From a virus (Duplodnaviria > Heunggongvirae > Uroviricota > Caudoviricetes), in IMG/VR virus record IMGVR_UViG_3300018430_000002: a DNA stretch of 64,000 nucleotides. One strand, given 5' to 3'. The notes beneath the pieces were generated by a model. The model was not told the origin of the DNA and ran no database searches. It saw only the letters and a program-made list of their open reading frames with translations. A program made the translations under genes and the position numbers. Below, one piece after another: positions 46,518 to 57,765 of the stretch; position 1 is the stretch's first letter, and each line of letters starts with the position of its first letter.

Positions 46518-47699
46518 ATGGCAGTTGGCAATAATACTTATTACTGTAAAACTTGTAATAGAACTATGGATGAAACTTAGTTCTATACTTCAAGAAGATT
46601 AGACCGTTATCCAAATGATGGTAAGATGCCCGAATGTAAAAAGTGTCTTACTCGCCATGTGGATAATTGGAAACCTGAAACTTTTAAATGGATTCTTGAA
46701 GAAATTGATGTTCCCTACATTGAAGAAGAATGGACCAAATTAATGAGTAAATACTGCACTGACCCTTCCAAGGTCACTGGTATGACAATTCTTGGTCGCT
46801 ATCTTTCTAAAATGAAATTGACCCAATTTGAAAATTATCGTTGGGCTGATACAGAAACTATTTAGGCTCGTTTAAATGCTAGTAAAGCCGAAGTAATGAC
46901 TCGCCAAGGTTATTCAACAGAAGAAATTGAGGCAGCCATTGCGGCAGGCAATGGTATTGAAAAACCTGAAGGTTGGGACACTTCGCCATCGGCGGTAGAT
47001 GCTCCACCTCCAATTGATGCTTTTGAACCAGTTGATTTTAATGATGACCTTACAGAAGAAGATAGAAAGTATCTTGCTATCAAGTGGGGAAAAACTTACA
47101 AACCCTATGAATGGGTTCAATTAGAAAAATATTATCAAGAAATGATGGCATCTTTTGATATTCAAACGCCATCTCATGAAGATTATTTAAAACTTATTTG
47201 TAAAACTTCTATTAAGGCGCATCAACTTATTGACTTAGGAGACATTGAAGGCTTCCAAAAGATGTCTAAAGTTTATGATGCTTTAATGAAATCTGCTAAA
47301 TTTACAGCAGTATAGAATAAAGCTGAATCTGGTGAGTTTGTAAATTCTATTTCTGAATTGGTTCTCTTGTGCGAGAAAGAGGAAGGATGCATTCCTCGTT
47401 TCTATACAGATAAACCAAAAGATAGAGTAGATGAAACACTTGCCGATTTGCGTGGCTATACTAATACTCTTGTTACCGAAGAAATGAATTTGGGTAATCT
47501 TATTGAATCTGCTTTGAAAGCACTACAGCGAGAAGCTGAACGTGAAGAAGATGAAGATATTGATGACGATGATGAAATTTTTGATATGGATAATATTGAT
47601 GATTTAAAAGATAGCGATTTTGAAGAACATTACGACTTTTTGGACGATGAAGCCGAAGCTGACTTCCTTGATATGCAAGATATATTAGAGGAGGAATGA
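46518..47699 (+). CDS. late protein (zinc-ribbon N-terminus, acidic C-terminus; possible small terminase/DNA-binding); three in-frame TAG codons
   Basis: ATG 46518. One frame through TAG 46578, 46863 and 47316 links track ORFs 46626.., 46896.. and 47358... Ends at TGA 47697. Confidence 0.45.
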
Positions 47700-47702
47700 T
47701 AA

Positions 47703-49445
47703 ATGGCTTTATAGGATTTATTAAACCTTTCACAAGATAGATAGAAAATTGGATTATCAGAAGAACGAGTAAGGGCTATTATTCCTGTTGCTCGCGACTA
47801 TATTTCTTACTGGCGTGAATATCCAGATATGTTCGTCGACTTTATGGCGGGTAAGTGGCAAGCCAACCCGCCTAAAGAGACGCTTAATCTATTCTTCTAC
47901 CAGCGAGTATTTTTGAGAGCCGCTATGCGTTATAAATACGTATATGCGGTTTTTCCGCGTGCTTATTCTAAATCTTTCCTTGCCGTTTTGATTCTTATGA
48001 CTCGTGCCGTTTTATATGCCGGCTCTAAGTTATTTGTAACATCTGGTGGTAAGGAACAGGCTTCTGGTATTCTAAAAGAAAAAGTATAGGAAATTTGTAC
48101 TTTGGTGCCGGGCTTCGCAAAAGAGATTGATTGGGGCCGTGGTAAAACTTTGGAAGGTAAGGATTATTGTAAGTATATTTTTAAAAGTGGTTCTTATATT
48201 GATAACTTGGGCGCTTCTGAAAAATCAAGAGGTAAGCGTCGTCATGGCGGACTCGTTGAAGAGTGCGTTGGTGTCGACGGAACTATTTTGAACGAAGTTA
48301 TTATTCCAGTTATGAACGTTTCTCGAAGATTGCCCGATGGCACTTCTGATGATAATGAAGTTCTTAATAAGAGCCAAATCTTTGTTACGACCGCAGGTTG
48401 GAAGAATACTTTTGCTTATGATAAACTTATTCAAATGCTAGTTGGTTAGATTACACAGCCTGAAAAGTTCTGTATTATGGGTGGTACTTGGCGTATTCCT
48501 GTTCTTATGAAATTACTTGATAAGAACTTTGTGCGCGACTTGAAATTGGACGGTACATTTAATGAGTCCTCTTTTGAACGTGAATATGAATCTAAATGGT
48601 CTGGTACTATCGAAGATGCATTCTTCCGTGCAGAACAATTTGACCGCAACCGCATTCTACGTCAGCCTGAATATGAATATTCCGGACGTTCAATTAAATC
48701 GGCATATTATGTTCTGTCTGTTGACGTTGGCCGAAAAGGTTGCGATACGGTAGTTTGTGTATTTAAAGTAACACCTTAGACTGCCGGTGTGTCTATTAAA
48801 ACATTGGTAAACATTTATACACTTCACAATGAACACTTTGAAGATTAGGCTATTGCACTCAAAAAACTTTATTATAAATATAAGGCGCGTCGTATTGTTA
48901 TTGACGCCAATGGTCTTGGTATTGGTCTTGTCGACTATATGGTAAAATCTTAGATGGACCCAGATACGAATGATATTTATCCTGACTTTGGTGTAGAAAA
49001 TGATCCCGATGCTGAATATAAAAAGTTCCGCACAGATGCGTGTGAATATGATGCTATGTATTTGATTAAAGCTAATGCGCCAATCAATACTGAAGCTCAT
49101 GCCAATGCGTAGACGCAACTTTCCTCTGGTAAAGTAAAAATGTTAATAGATGAACGTGTGGCCAAAGTAAAATTGCTTGGAACTAAACGCGGTCAAGAAA
49201 TGAAGCCTGAAGAAAGGGCGGAATATCTTAAACCATTTACCCTTACCTCCATATTGAAAGAGGAAATGATGAATTTGCGTGAAGAAAATGAAGGCGTAAA
49301 TATCATCTTAAAGCAAGCGAATAAAGGTATAAAAAAGGATAAATTTTCTGCTTTTGAATATGGTTTATACTATATTAAATAGGAAGAAGATAGTAAAAAG
49401 CGTAAACGAAAAGGAAAAATATCTGATTTTATGTTTATGAATTAA
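47703..49445 (+). CDS. terL: terminase large subunit with about 10 in-frame TAG codons
   Basis: RBS GAGGAGG, ATG 47703. One frame joins track ORFs 47829.., 48102.., 48477.. and 49140... ATPase-like FVTSGGKEQ and VTTAGWKNTF motifs. Nuclease-like RRIVIDANGLGIGLVD motif. Confidence 0.65.
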
Positions 49446-49456
49446 GGAGGTCCCTC

Positions 49457-49813
49457 ATGAGAGCATCACGAGGAGAAATTAAAATTCAAGAGATACTCCA
49501 ATAGTCTGGCTTGCGATTTACAATGGAACAGTCATTTGAGGGACTGAATAGTTCTAATGGTCGCCCATTGCGTTTTGACTTTTGCGTTTATGATGATGAT
49601 GGCAATATTGATTTTTTAATTGAATATCAAGGTAAGCAACATTATGAGCCAAGTCAAAAATTTGGAGGCAAGAAGGGTTTCTATTAGTAGCAGTTTAATG
49701 ATAATAAGAAGCGTCGCTTTTGTGCATTGAATGAAATTACTTTAGTTGAAATTCCATACACAGAAGAGAATCTTATTTCATACGACTATATTTTAGAAAA
49801 AGCTGGTTATTGA
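49457..49813 (+). CDS. small nuclease-like protein (IEYQGKQHY motif) with in-frame TAGs including a TAG-TAG doublet
   Basis: Hand translation from ATG 49457 to TGA 49811. Confidence 0.35.
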
Positions 49814-49826
49814 GGAGGTGTGAAAA

Positions 49827-51425
49827 TTGCGAAGAAGATAGGATGAAATCCGAGCAAAAGGATTTTAGATGACACCTCGCCCAATAGACTATGAAGGCCC
49901 CATGTCTTCCATGGATTTCGCCAAGATTAGAGTTGGTCTTTAGACTCTTGATGATGCTATTTTGGATCTTGGTAGTTTAAAAAAGGGTAATGTCCGTTAT
50001 ACAAATAAGAATACAATTCTTAAGGCTTTGGCCGAAAGAGATTATCCATTGCTACGAGAGATTTCAGAATACTGGTTTGAAAACAGTGGTATTTATGAAC
50101 GTCTTTGTAAGTATTTTGCTTATCTATATAGATATGACTGGTATGTTGTTCCTTATGTTGAGGATGACAGCATTAAAGAAGATAAAATACTTGCTGAATT
50201 TAGTAAAGTGCTAAATTATATGGACGCTTCAAATATAAAATACATGTGTGGTAATATTGCCCTTGAAGTCGTAAAGAATGGCTGTTATTATGGCTATATT
50301 GTAGACAGCGAAGGTGGTATTACTATTTAGCAATTGCCGATTGGATATTGCCGCAGTAGATACTTTGTTGGCAATCAGCCCGCAGTTGAATTTAATATGA
50401 AATTCTTCGACGATAAATTTCCAAACCTTGAATATCGCATGCGCGTATTGAAAATGTTCCCGCCAGAATTTGCTAAGGGTTATGTTCTTTATAAAAAGGG
50501 TAAACTCAAGGATGAAGATGGAACAGGTTCTGATGGATGGTATCTATTAGACCCAGCTTGTGCGATTAAGTTAAATATTTGCGGCACTGACTATCCTATG
50601 TTGGTTAATGCGATTCCATCTCTTTTGGATTTGGATGCCGCGCAGGATTTAGATCGTCGTAAGACAATGCAGAAACTTCTCAAAATTATTATTCAAAAAT
50701 TGCCGCTTGACAAGAATGGCGATTTGATTTTCGACGTTGATGAAGCAAAAGACATTCATAATAATGCCGTTCAAATGTTAAAGAAGGCAGTTGGTGTTGA
50801 CGTTCTTACTACTTTTGCTGATGTAGAAGTTGCCGATTTGGCTGATAAGAATACTACAACTTCAACTGACGATTTGAATAAGGTTGAACGTACTGTTTAT
50901 AATGCTCTTGGCGTTTCACAGAATCTTTTCAATACTGATGGTAATATCGCTCTTGAAAAGTCTATTCTTAACGACGAAGCATCTATGAGAAGTCTTATTT
51001 TACAGTTCTAGAATCTTTTAAATAAGATTGTTAGACATAAATTCCCTGGGAAGAAGAAATATAATTTCCGCGTCTTTATGTTGGAGACGACAGTCTACAA
51101 CTACATCGAGCTTGCGAAGATGTATAAAGAGCAGGTTACTATTGGTTATTCCAAGATGTTGCCACAAATTGCTATGGGACATTCCCAGAGTGCAGTTATT
51201 GCTAATGCTCATTTTGAAAATGAAATTCTACATCTTTATGAAATTATGATTCCTCCTATGATGTCTTCCACTATGAAAGGTGAGGACATTTTAGGGCAAA
51301 AAGGTCAGGGGAAAAATTAGGTAAATTAGGCACAGTCTACTGAACAATCAAAAGGTGGACGTCCTGAAAAGCCGGATGGTCAAAAATCTGAAAAGACCAT
51401 TCAAAATAAGGAGTCAGCCAGCTGA
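49827..51425 (+). CDS. portal protein (assigned by position and size); several in-frame TAG codons
   Basis: RBS GAGGAGGT plus TTG 49827. The frame links track ORFs 49962.., 50334.. and 51078... Ends at TGA 51423. Confidence 0.45.
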
Positions 51426-51448
51426 TGGCTGAGGGAGGAAGTTAGATA

Positions 51449-52849
51449 ATGCATATTAGTATTCCAGTCGAACATACTATTGAATTGCTTAACTTCACTC
51501 CCATAAACCCCCTTATTTCCAAGTGCGAAATTAAGGTGTGTTATGTGGGAGAAGACCCTAATAGAAACCGTAGTATTATTACTAAGGCGGTAGCCACAGA
51601 TATGGCTAAGACCTTGCCGGGTTCGCCAATTGTAGGTTACTATAATGAGGCGAAAGGTGACTTCGAGGAACACAATCGTATGATTGATGTTTCTAATGGA
51701 AAATTTAATATTATCGATACTACCCGCCCATATGGTTTTGTTGATTTAGGGGCTAAAGTCTGGTTCCAAAAATTCTTGGATGATGGAATAGAGCATGAGT
51801 ATCTTATGACCGAAGGTTATATTTGGTCTGATATTTATCCAGAATCTAAGCGGATAGTTGAAAAAGGAAATAACCAGTCTATGGAACTTCATAATAAACT
51901 AACCAAAGGAACTTGGACGACTGATGATAATGGAATGCCAAAGTTTTTCATTATCAACGAAGCAATTATCTCAAAACTTTGTATTCTTGGAGAAGACGTC
52001 GAACCTTGTTTCGAGGGTGCTGGTATTGCCGCACAATTCTCCATTGATGGGGACTTTAAAGCTAAGCTTTTCTCCATGATTGAGGAATTGAAGACAGCTT
52101 TACAAGAAGGAGGAGCTACTCATATGGAAAAGAATGAGAACATCATGATTGAGAACGAAAATCAGGAAACTGAAATCGTCCTTGATAATCAGGATGAATT
52201 CAAGAAAAAGTCCAAAGAGGAAGAGGAAGAAGAAGAAGAAAAGAAACCTCCTTTCCCTCCAAAGAAGGACGATGAATCCGAAGGCAAGTCTGAAGAGTCT
52301 AAAGAAGACGATGAAGATGATGACGAGGATAAGAAAAAGAAGAAAAAGATGAATCATGCTAAGGAAAATGAAGAGGAAGACGAGGAAAAGTGCCCTGATT
52401 GTGGCAAGCCAAAGTCTGAATGTACTTGTGAAGAAGATAAGAAAAAGAAGTACAACCTTGAAGAGATTCCTGAGTATGTAGAACTCGCTAAGGAATATGC
52501 ACTCGCAACTGCTCGTGTAGCAGAGCTTGAAGCTGAAATTGCTCCTTTGCGTGAGTTCAAAACTGCCGCTGATAAGAAAGAAAAGGAAAATATGATTAAT
52601 AGTTTCTATATGCTTTCTGATGAAGATAAGGCAGATGTTTTGGCCAACATTGATACATACAGCTTGGATGATATTGAAGCAAAGTTGGCAATTCTATGTG
52701 TTCGTAACAAGGTAAGCTTTAGCCTTGACGAAGATAATAAAGAAGAAGCTGAAGCAAGTCTTATTTATAATGTGACTGCTGAAGACGGCAATGACAATGC
52801 ACCAGCTTGGATTAAAGCTGTGCGTGATACTGCCAAAAACATGATTTAA
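51449..52849 (+). CDS. prohead protease/scaffold-like protein with Lys/Glu-rich linker and coiled-coil C-terminus
   Basis: ORF track 466 aa. No TAG. Confidence 0.45.
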   Translation: MHISIPVEHTIELLNFTPINPLISKCEIKVCYVGEDPNRNRSIITKAVATDMAKTLPGSPIVGYYNEAKGDFEEHNRMIDVSNGKFNIIDTTRPYGFVDLGAKVWFQKFLDDGIEHEYLMTEGYIWSDIYPESKRIVEKGNNQSMELHNKLTKGTWTTDDNGMPKFFIINEAIISKLCILGEDVEPCFEGAGIAAQFSIDGDFKAKLFSMIEELKTALQEGGATHMEKNENIMIENENQETEIVLDNQDEFKKKSKEEEEEEEEKKPPFPPKKDDESEGKSEESKEDDEDDDEDKKKKKKMNHAKENEEEDEEKCPDCGKPKSECTCEEDKKKKYNLEEIPEYVELAKEYALATARVAELEAEIAPLREFKTAADKKEKENMINSFYMLSDEDKADVLANIDTYSLDDIEAKLAILCVRNKVSFSLDEDNKEEAEASLIYNVTAEDGNDNAPAWIKAVRDTAKNMI

Positions 52850-52867
52850 TTAAGGAGGAAGCTTAAA

Positions 52868-53557
52868 ATGGCTTTTAAGAGTTTATCACAGGCCAAGATG
52901 GTTAAGCGTGGTTTTGGCCAGGTTGAACCCAATCACCTTAGCGCACGCTTTACTGGTGAAATTTACGGCCAGCTCCCAGCAAAGGCTGATATCGAAGTCC
53001 TTGAGCAGGGTCAGTTCGTAAAGTATAATTATGCTGCTGGTGTTGTTGATTTCGAGGGTCCCGGTGAGTGGATGCTTGTTAACAACGAAATTAAGATTTA
53101 TCGTGATCATCAGACTGATGAAGATTTCGCTATGATTAAGCGCGATTATAATGCTTATGTTTATAGCCCAATCGGTCAGAATTCTGACGGTTCTATGGCA
53201 GAAGCCGATCTTACTAAGAATTTCTCTCAAGAGAAGTATCCTTATGACGGCGATCTTCCACGTCTCCCAATTGGTCCTTCCTACGAGCGCGAAGTTCTTG
53301 AAGTTCCCGCTTACATGAAGGCTGGCGAAGTCATGGTTCCACGTGTATGGAAGACCCATGAAGGCGATATCTTTACCACTAACATGGTTCAGGCTACTTT
53401 TGATGAAGTTAAAGTTGGCGATTTCCTTAAGATTGGCGAACAGGGCATTTTGACTCCTGGCGGCGATATTGAGGCTGACAAGATGGTATGGCAGATTGTT
53501 AAGAAGTACACCCTTCCTGACCTTCAGCCTGCTGTTAAGGTAATGCGCGTTAAGTAA
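52868..53557 (+). CDS. head-associated hypothetical protein
   Basis: ORF track 229 aa. No TAG. Confidence 0.45.
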   Translation: MAFKSLSQAKMVKRGFGQVEPNHLSARFTGEIYGQLPAKADIEVLEQGQFVKYNYAAGVVDFEGPGEWMLVNNEIKIYRDHQTDEDFAMIKRDYNAYVYSPIGQNSDGSMAEADLTKNFSQEKYPYDGDLPRLPIGPSYEREVLEVPAYMKAGEVMVPRVWKTHEGDIFTTNMVQATFDEVKVGDFLKIGEQGILTPGGDIEADKMVWQIVKKYTLPDLQPAVKVMRVK

Positions 53558-53581
53558 TTTAGGAAAGGAGAGTATATAGCT

Positions 53582-54625
53582 ATGTTAGAAAGAAATGAAC
53601 TTTTGAAATTGATGCAGGCTACTGCTAAAGCTGATCGCTCCAATCCTGTTGCTTACAGCTTTAACGGTGAGAACCTTTCTTACGAGGCTCTTAATGAGAC
53701 TCTTCGTAAGGAATTGAATGAGTACGCTGGTACTTATGCACTTTATCGTGAAAATAAGAATATGATTTTCTCCCTTATCGAGGAGACTATTGACCTTGTT
53801 CTTCCCAAGAAGGTTATGGAAAACTATGGTCAGTTTGCAGAAACCAAAGTTTACAAGCAGGGCGACAAGCCTATCTTTACCGTGAAGGGCAACTACCACA
53901 ATCGTGCCAAGCAGTTCATTACCAAGGTTGGCTTGAATGGTATTTACGAAGTCTTCAAGCTTGGTAAAGAGCGTCCTTTCGAACTTCAGACCAGCGCTAT
54001 CGGCGGAGCCGCAGCAATTGGTTTCGAAGAGTTCCTTGATGGTCGTGTTGACTTTGCAGAAGTTACCAAGATCGTTATGGAAGGTATGGATGAACTTATC
54101 TATCGTGAGATTGCTAAGGCTCTTATGAGCTCTATCAATCAGCTTCCTCGTGCAAATCAGGTTGCCGCAGCTGGCTTTGATGAGGCTGCTTTCGACCGTT
54201 TGTTGAGCGTTGCTTCCGCATACGGCACTCCTTCCATCTATTGTACCTATGAGTTTGCTGTTAAGATGATTCCTGCTGAAGGCTGGATCTCTGACGCTAT
54301 GCGTGATGAGAAGTGGGCAAAGGGCTACTTCGCAAACTACAAGGGCTATCGCGTTGTAATTCTTCCTCAGGCTTTCGAGGATGAAACCAACGAGAAGAAG
54401 ATGGTTGATCCTGGTTATGTTTGGATTCTTCCTACCGGCCACGACAAGCCCGTTAAGGTTGCTTTCGAAGGCGATACTTTGGTTCAGGAAATGCATACCC
54501 ATGACCGTAGCCGTGAAATCCAGGTTTACAAGAAAGTTGGCGTTGGCGTAATTACCAGCCCTGACATTTGCGTATATCAGGATACCGAGCTTCTTGGTCA
54601 GATGGACGTTGTTCGCGCTATCTAA
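53582..54625 (+). CDS. major capsid protein (putative)
   Basis: ORF track 347 aa. No TAG. Strong intrinsic terminator at 54640-54672. Confidence 0.5.
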   Translation: MLERNELLKLMQATAKADRSNPVAYSFNGENLSYEALNETLRKELNEYAGTYALYRENKNMIFSLIEETIDLVLPKKVMENYGQFAETKVYKQGDKPIFTVKGNYHNRAKQFITKVGLNGIYEVFKLGKERPFELQTSAIGGAAAIGFEEFLDGRVDFAEVTKIVMEGMDELIYREIAKALMSSINQLPRANQVAAAGFDEAAFDRLLSVASAYGTPSIYCTYEFAVKMIPAEGWISDAMRDEKWAKGYFANYKGYRVVILPQAFEDETNEKKMVDPGYVWILPTGHDKPVKVAFEGDTLVQEMHTHDRSREIQVYKKVGVGVITSPDICVYQDTELLGQMDVVRAI

Positions 54626-54639
54626 TGAATAGAGGTTTA

Positions 54640-54672
54640 TAAATACTGAGGGTGGGTCTAGCACCCACCCTT
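54640..54672 (+). terminator. intrinsic terminator after the major capsid gene
   Basis: GGGTGGGTctagcACCCACCC plus TTATTTTTT. Confidence 0.6.
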
Positions 54673-54699
54673 ATTTTTTGAGAAAAAGGAGTTTGTACT

Positions 54700-55269
54700 A
54701 TGGAAAATATTAACAAGGTTGCGGTAAAAAACCGCAGTAATTCTACTGTCGTATATTCTATCCCTGAGATGAATATCCGTCGTGAGTACGCACCCGGCGA
54801 GACTAAGAAAATCGCCAAAGAAGAAATTGAGGCACTTACTTATCGTTCTGGTGGTGCGAATTTAATTCAACGCTTTTTGGTTGTAGACCAAGAGACACTT
54901 AATGATATCTCTATGAATGTTGAGCCTGAATATTGGCTTGATGATGAAGGCGTAAAGAAACTTCTTACTGAAGGTTCTCTTGATGCTTTCTTGGATTGTT
55001 TGGATTTTGCACCTGCCGGTGTAATTGACCTTGTTAAGAAGCATGCTGTTGCGCTACCTCTTAACGATGTAGAAAAGCGTAAGGCTTTAAAGAAAGCTAC
55101 TGGCTTCGATGTAGATACCATTCTGCGCAATAAGCAGTTGGCTGAAGAAGAAGATAGCAAGATTGAACCCGCCGCTCCACAGCGTCGCGTAAAGCCTGCG
55201 GCAACAGAAGGCCGTAGAACAACTCCCCAATACAAGGTTGTATCAGTACAAAAGCCAGAAGGAGAGTAA
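54700..55269 (+). CDS. hypothetical structural protein
   Basis: ORF track 189 aa. Confidence 0.45.
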   Translation: MENINKVAVKNRSNSTVVYSIPEMNIRREYAPGETKKIAKEEIEALTYRSGGANLIQRFLVVDQETLNDISMNVEPEYWLDDEGVKKLLTEGSLDAFLDCLDFAPAGVIDLVKKHAVALPLNDVEKRKALKKATGFDVDTILRNKQLAEEEDSKIEPAAPQRRVKPAATEGRRTTPQYKVVSVQKPEGE

Positions 55270-55274
55270 TCAAT

Positions 55275-55745
55275 ATGGCGACATCCTTTGAAACTATTAC
55301 AAATAAGTTTCTCGGTAAAATTACCGATGATATGTATTTAGAACTCACCCCAGAAGATACTTTGAGAGACGCTAAATCATTTCTATTGGATGCCATTCCT
55401 TATTTTGAATTTCCTCGTTTTGCTTTGTATGATTACAACGTAGAGTTGGAAGAATATAATATAGATTTAACCGACGAGGAAATTAACATTCTTGCTTTGT
55501 TGATGAAAACAGCATGGCTTGAACGTTAGATAAATTCTGTTGAACACACTCGAATGAAATATTCCGGCTCTGATTTTAAAATGACCTCTCAAGCCAACCA
55601 TTTGTCGAAGCTTTTGCAGTTGAAATCAGAGAATGTTCGTGAGTCTACTCACGCACAGCGTCTTTACAAAAGACGTAAGTTTAATGAAGACGGAACGGTT
55701 TCTTCAAACTGGTCATGTTTGTTGGATACCAGCGCTATTGAATGA
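55275..55745 (+). CDS. head-tail connector-like protein with one in-frame TAG
   Basis: Track ORFs 55275.. and 55554.. share a frame and are joined by TAG 55527. Confidence 0.4.
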
Positions 55746-56044
55746 TTACTACTTATGGTGGCAATTTTCAAGAGGAACTAATTCGAGTGGATTTACGCAG
55801 ACTCATTAATCAGACTTGGAAGTTACTTCCAATGAAAGAAAATAATGAGGACTGGCAAAAATAGTTAGATACAGTCTTAAATGAATTATATGGTTTGCAT
55901 GAGATCTTTGGCGGTCAACTCAACTTTCTCGTCTTGCTTTCTAAGCTTGAGGGATTGCCGCAAATCGATAATTTTATGTCTTATAGAGTAATCGTGTTCG
56001 GAGCAATTTCTTTGCTTACTGAACTGATGAACGGATTGAATTAA
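55742..56044 (+). CDS. small structural protein with one in-frame TAG
   Basis: Hand translation from the ATG overlapping the upstream TGA. Ends at TAA 56042. Confidence 0.3.
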
Positions 56045-56553
56045 TGGAAAATTTGAATCTGTTAAAATTGCGTGCGAAGCATGCCAATAATGATCGCCAG
56101 CATGATCGCATGGTTAAAGATAAATTGCGTTCTCTTCATCGCGCTTTATTATATTCTTATCAAACAGCGTGGATTAAAAAAGATGGAGTAGAAGACGCAG
56201 ACTATGTTCGTGCTTTAATCAATCCTGATAAAGTAAAATTCGATTATGATGAAAAAATTGTATCAGTCGAATACGAACATGGCTTTGGACCTGGAGACAC
56301 TTTTGAATGGAAAAATACTGGAACGCACTGGATTATTCTTAAACAAGAGATGACTGAAGTTGCTTACTTCCGTGGTAATGTCCGTAGATGTCAAGAACTT
56401 TTAATTACTGATCCTGAAACTGGTGATAAAGTTAGCATTTGGGCAGCAGTGCGTGGTCCTGTTGAAACTAAATTAAATACAATTCAAAAAGCGGGATTAG
56501 TAGCCAATGTGCCGAATATGACACTACAATTGTATATTCCGAAAACGGAATAG
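56044..56553 (+). CDS. hypothetical structural protein
   Basis: ORF track 169 aa. Confidence 0.45.
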   Translation: MENLNLLKLRAKHANNDRQHDRMVKDKLRSLHRALLYSYQTAWIKKDGVEDADYVRALINPDKVKFDYDEKIVSVEYEHGFGPGDTFEWKNTGTHWIILKQEMTEVAYFRGNVRRCQELLITDPETGDKVSIWAAVRGPVETKLNTIQKAGLVANVPNMTLQLYIPKTE

Positions 56554-56556
56554 AAT

Positions 56557-56976
56557 ATGCGTTTATTTGAACGATATGTTACTTTTGAATTTGGTGGACG
56601 TTTTTGGCAGATTGTTGCTCCTGATACTATTAGTACTCCAGGAATCATCGAAATTCCTGCTGTTGAAGACTATGAATGTCATCACAGCGATTTATTGGTG
56701 GAAGTGGTAGATCCTAATCCTCCAGTTGAAGAATATGAAGATACTATTGAAGGCGAAACTTTTGTAAAGCCTTTAGAGCAATCTATTTATACTGTAACAT
56801 CTTATAATCCTAATCTTAATTGGGTTGTAACTTTAGCATCAGACAATAAAGATGTTGAAGATACAGTTGAATGGGAAATTCGAGAAGATGGTTCAATTGC
56901 TGTTACTTGGATTTCAATGGTTAGTGGATCTTATGTATTAAAATATGGAGATCTTGAAAAGACCATTATTGTATAG
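56557..56976 (+). CDS. hypothetical structural protein
   Basis: ORF track 139 aa. Confidence 0.45.
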   Translation: MRLFERYVTFEFGGRFWQIVAPDTISTPGIIEIPAVEDYECHHSDLLVEVVDPNPPVEEYEDTIEGETFVKPLEQSIYTVTSYNPNLNWVVTLASDNKDVEDTVEWEIREDGSIAVTWISMVSGSYVLKYGDLEKTIIV

Positions 56977-56999
56977 TCACTGTTCTAAGGAGGGATAAA

Positions 57000-57743
57000 A
57001 TGAACCCTCTAATGTTAATGACTGGTGTTGATATTCCATTTCCAGAAATTTAGATGGCTGTTCATTAGCCAACAATTCTAGAAATCTCATATATTGGAGA
57101 ATTGAATTATTTTGCGGGCCTTCAATTATTATGTATTGATAAAAATACATTAGTGTTAAGTTCTGCAGAGGACAATTCTAGATTAGGTTCTATGAGTAAT
57201 TTTTAGATATTTATGACAATGATGACTGAACAACAACCTGGCATGGAGGACAAAAAGGCACAAGTTATTTAGGTTTTTGAATTACTCTTCCCAGGCTATC
57301 GTGTTCAGTTTACTCCAAGATGCCTATTTTTTAATAATGGCCAAGGTTCGTCTTTCACTCTTGATGATGTAACTTTTGAGAAATTTCAAGAAATACTTAA
57401 ACCGCAAGTTTCTATTTTTAAAGGTGCTGATGGTGGTTATAATCCCGTTGGTAGAAAAGCATAGGAAATTGCGAATAAGTTAATGAAGGGTAAACAAAAG
57501 GTTGCTGAATTGAAAGGTGAAACTCGTAATCAAGGTGGCATTTTGTCTAGATATGTTTCTATTCTCACAATAGGTCTAAATACCATGTCATTTTAGGACT
57601 GTTTGAATTTGACTGTCTATCAAATGTTTGATCTGGTTGAAAGATACGGCCTATATGTCTCGTGGGATTTAGATATAAAGTCTCGGTTAGCTGGTGGCAA
57701 GCCAGAGGATAAACCCGATGACTGGATGAAAAATATACATTGA
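57000..57743 (+). CDS. structural protein with about 7 in-frame TAG codons
   Basis: RBS GGAGGG plus ATG 57000. Hand translation reads through to TGA at about 57741. Confidence 0.35.
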
Positions 57744-57765
57744 TTATTAAAGGAGGAAACAACCA

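Noticed and set aside
47703-49445. Treating TAG-interrupted TerL pieces as pseudogene fragments
   Set aside because: All fragments are collinear in one frame. Only TAG interrupts, never TAA or TGA. A cognate CUA tRNA is encoded. Recoding is the more economical explanation.
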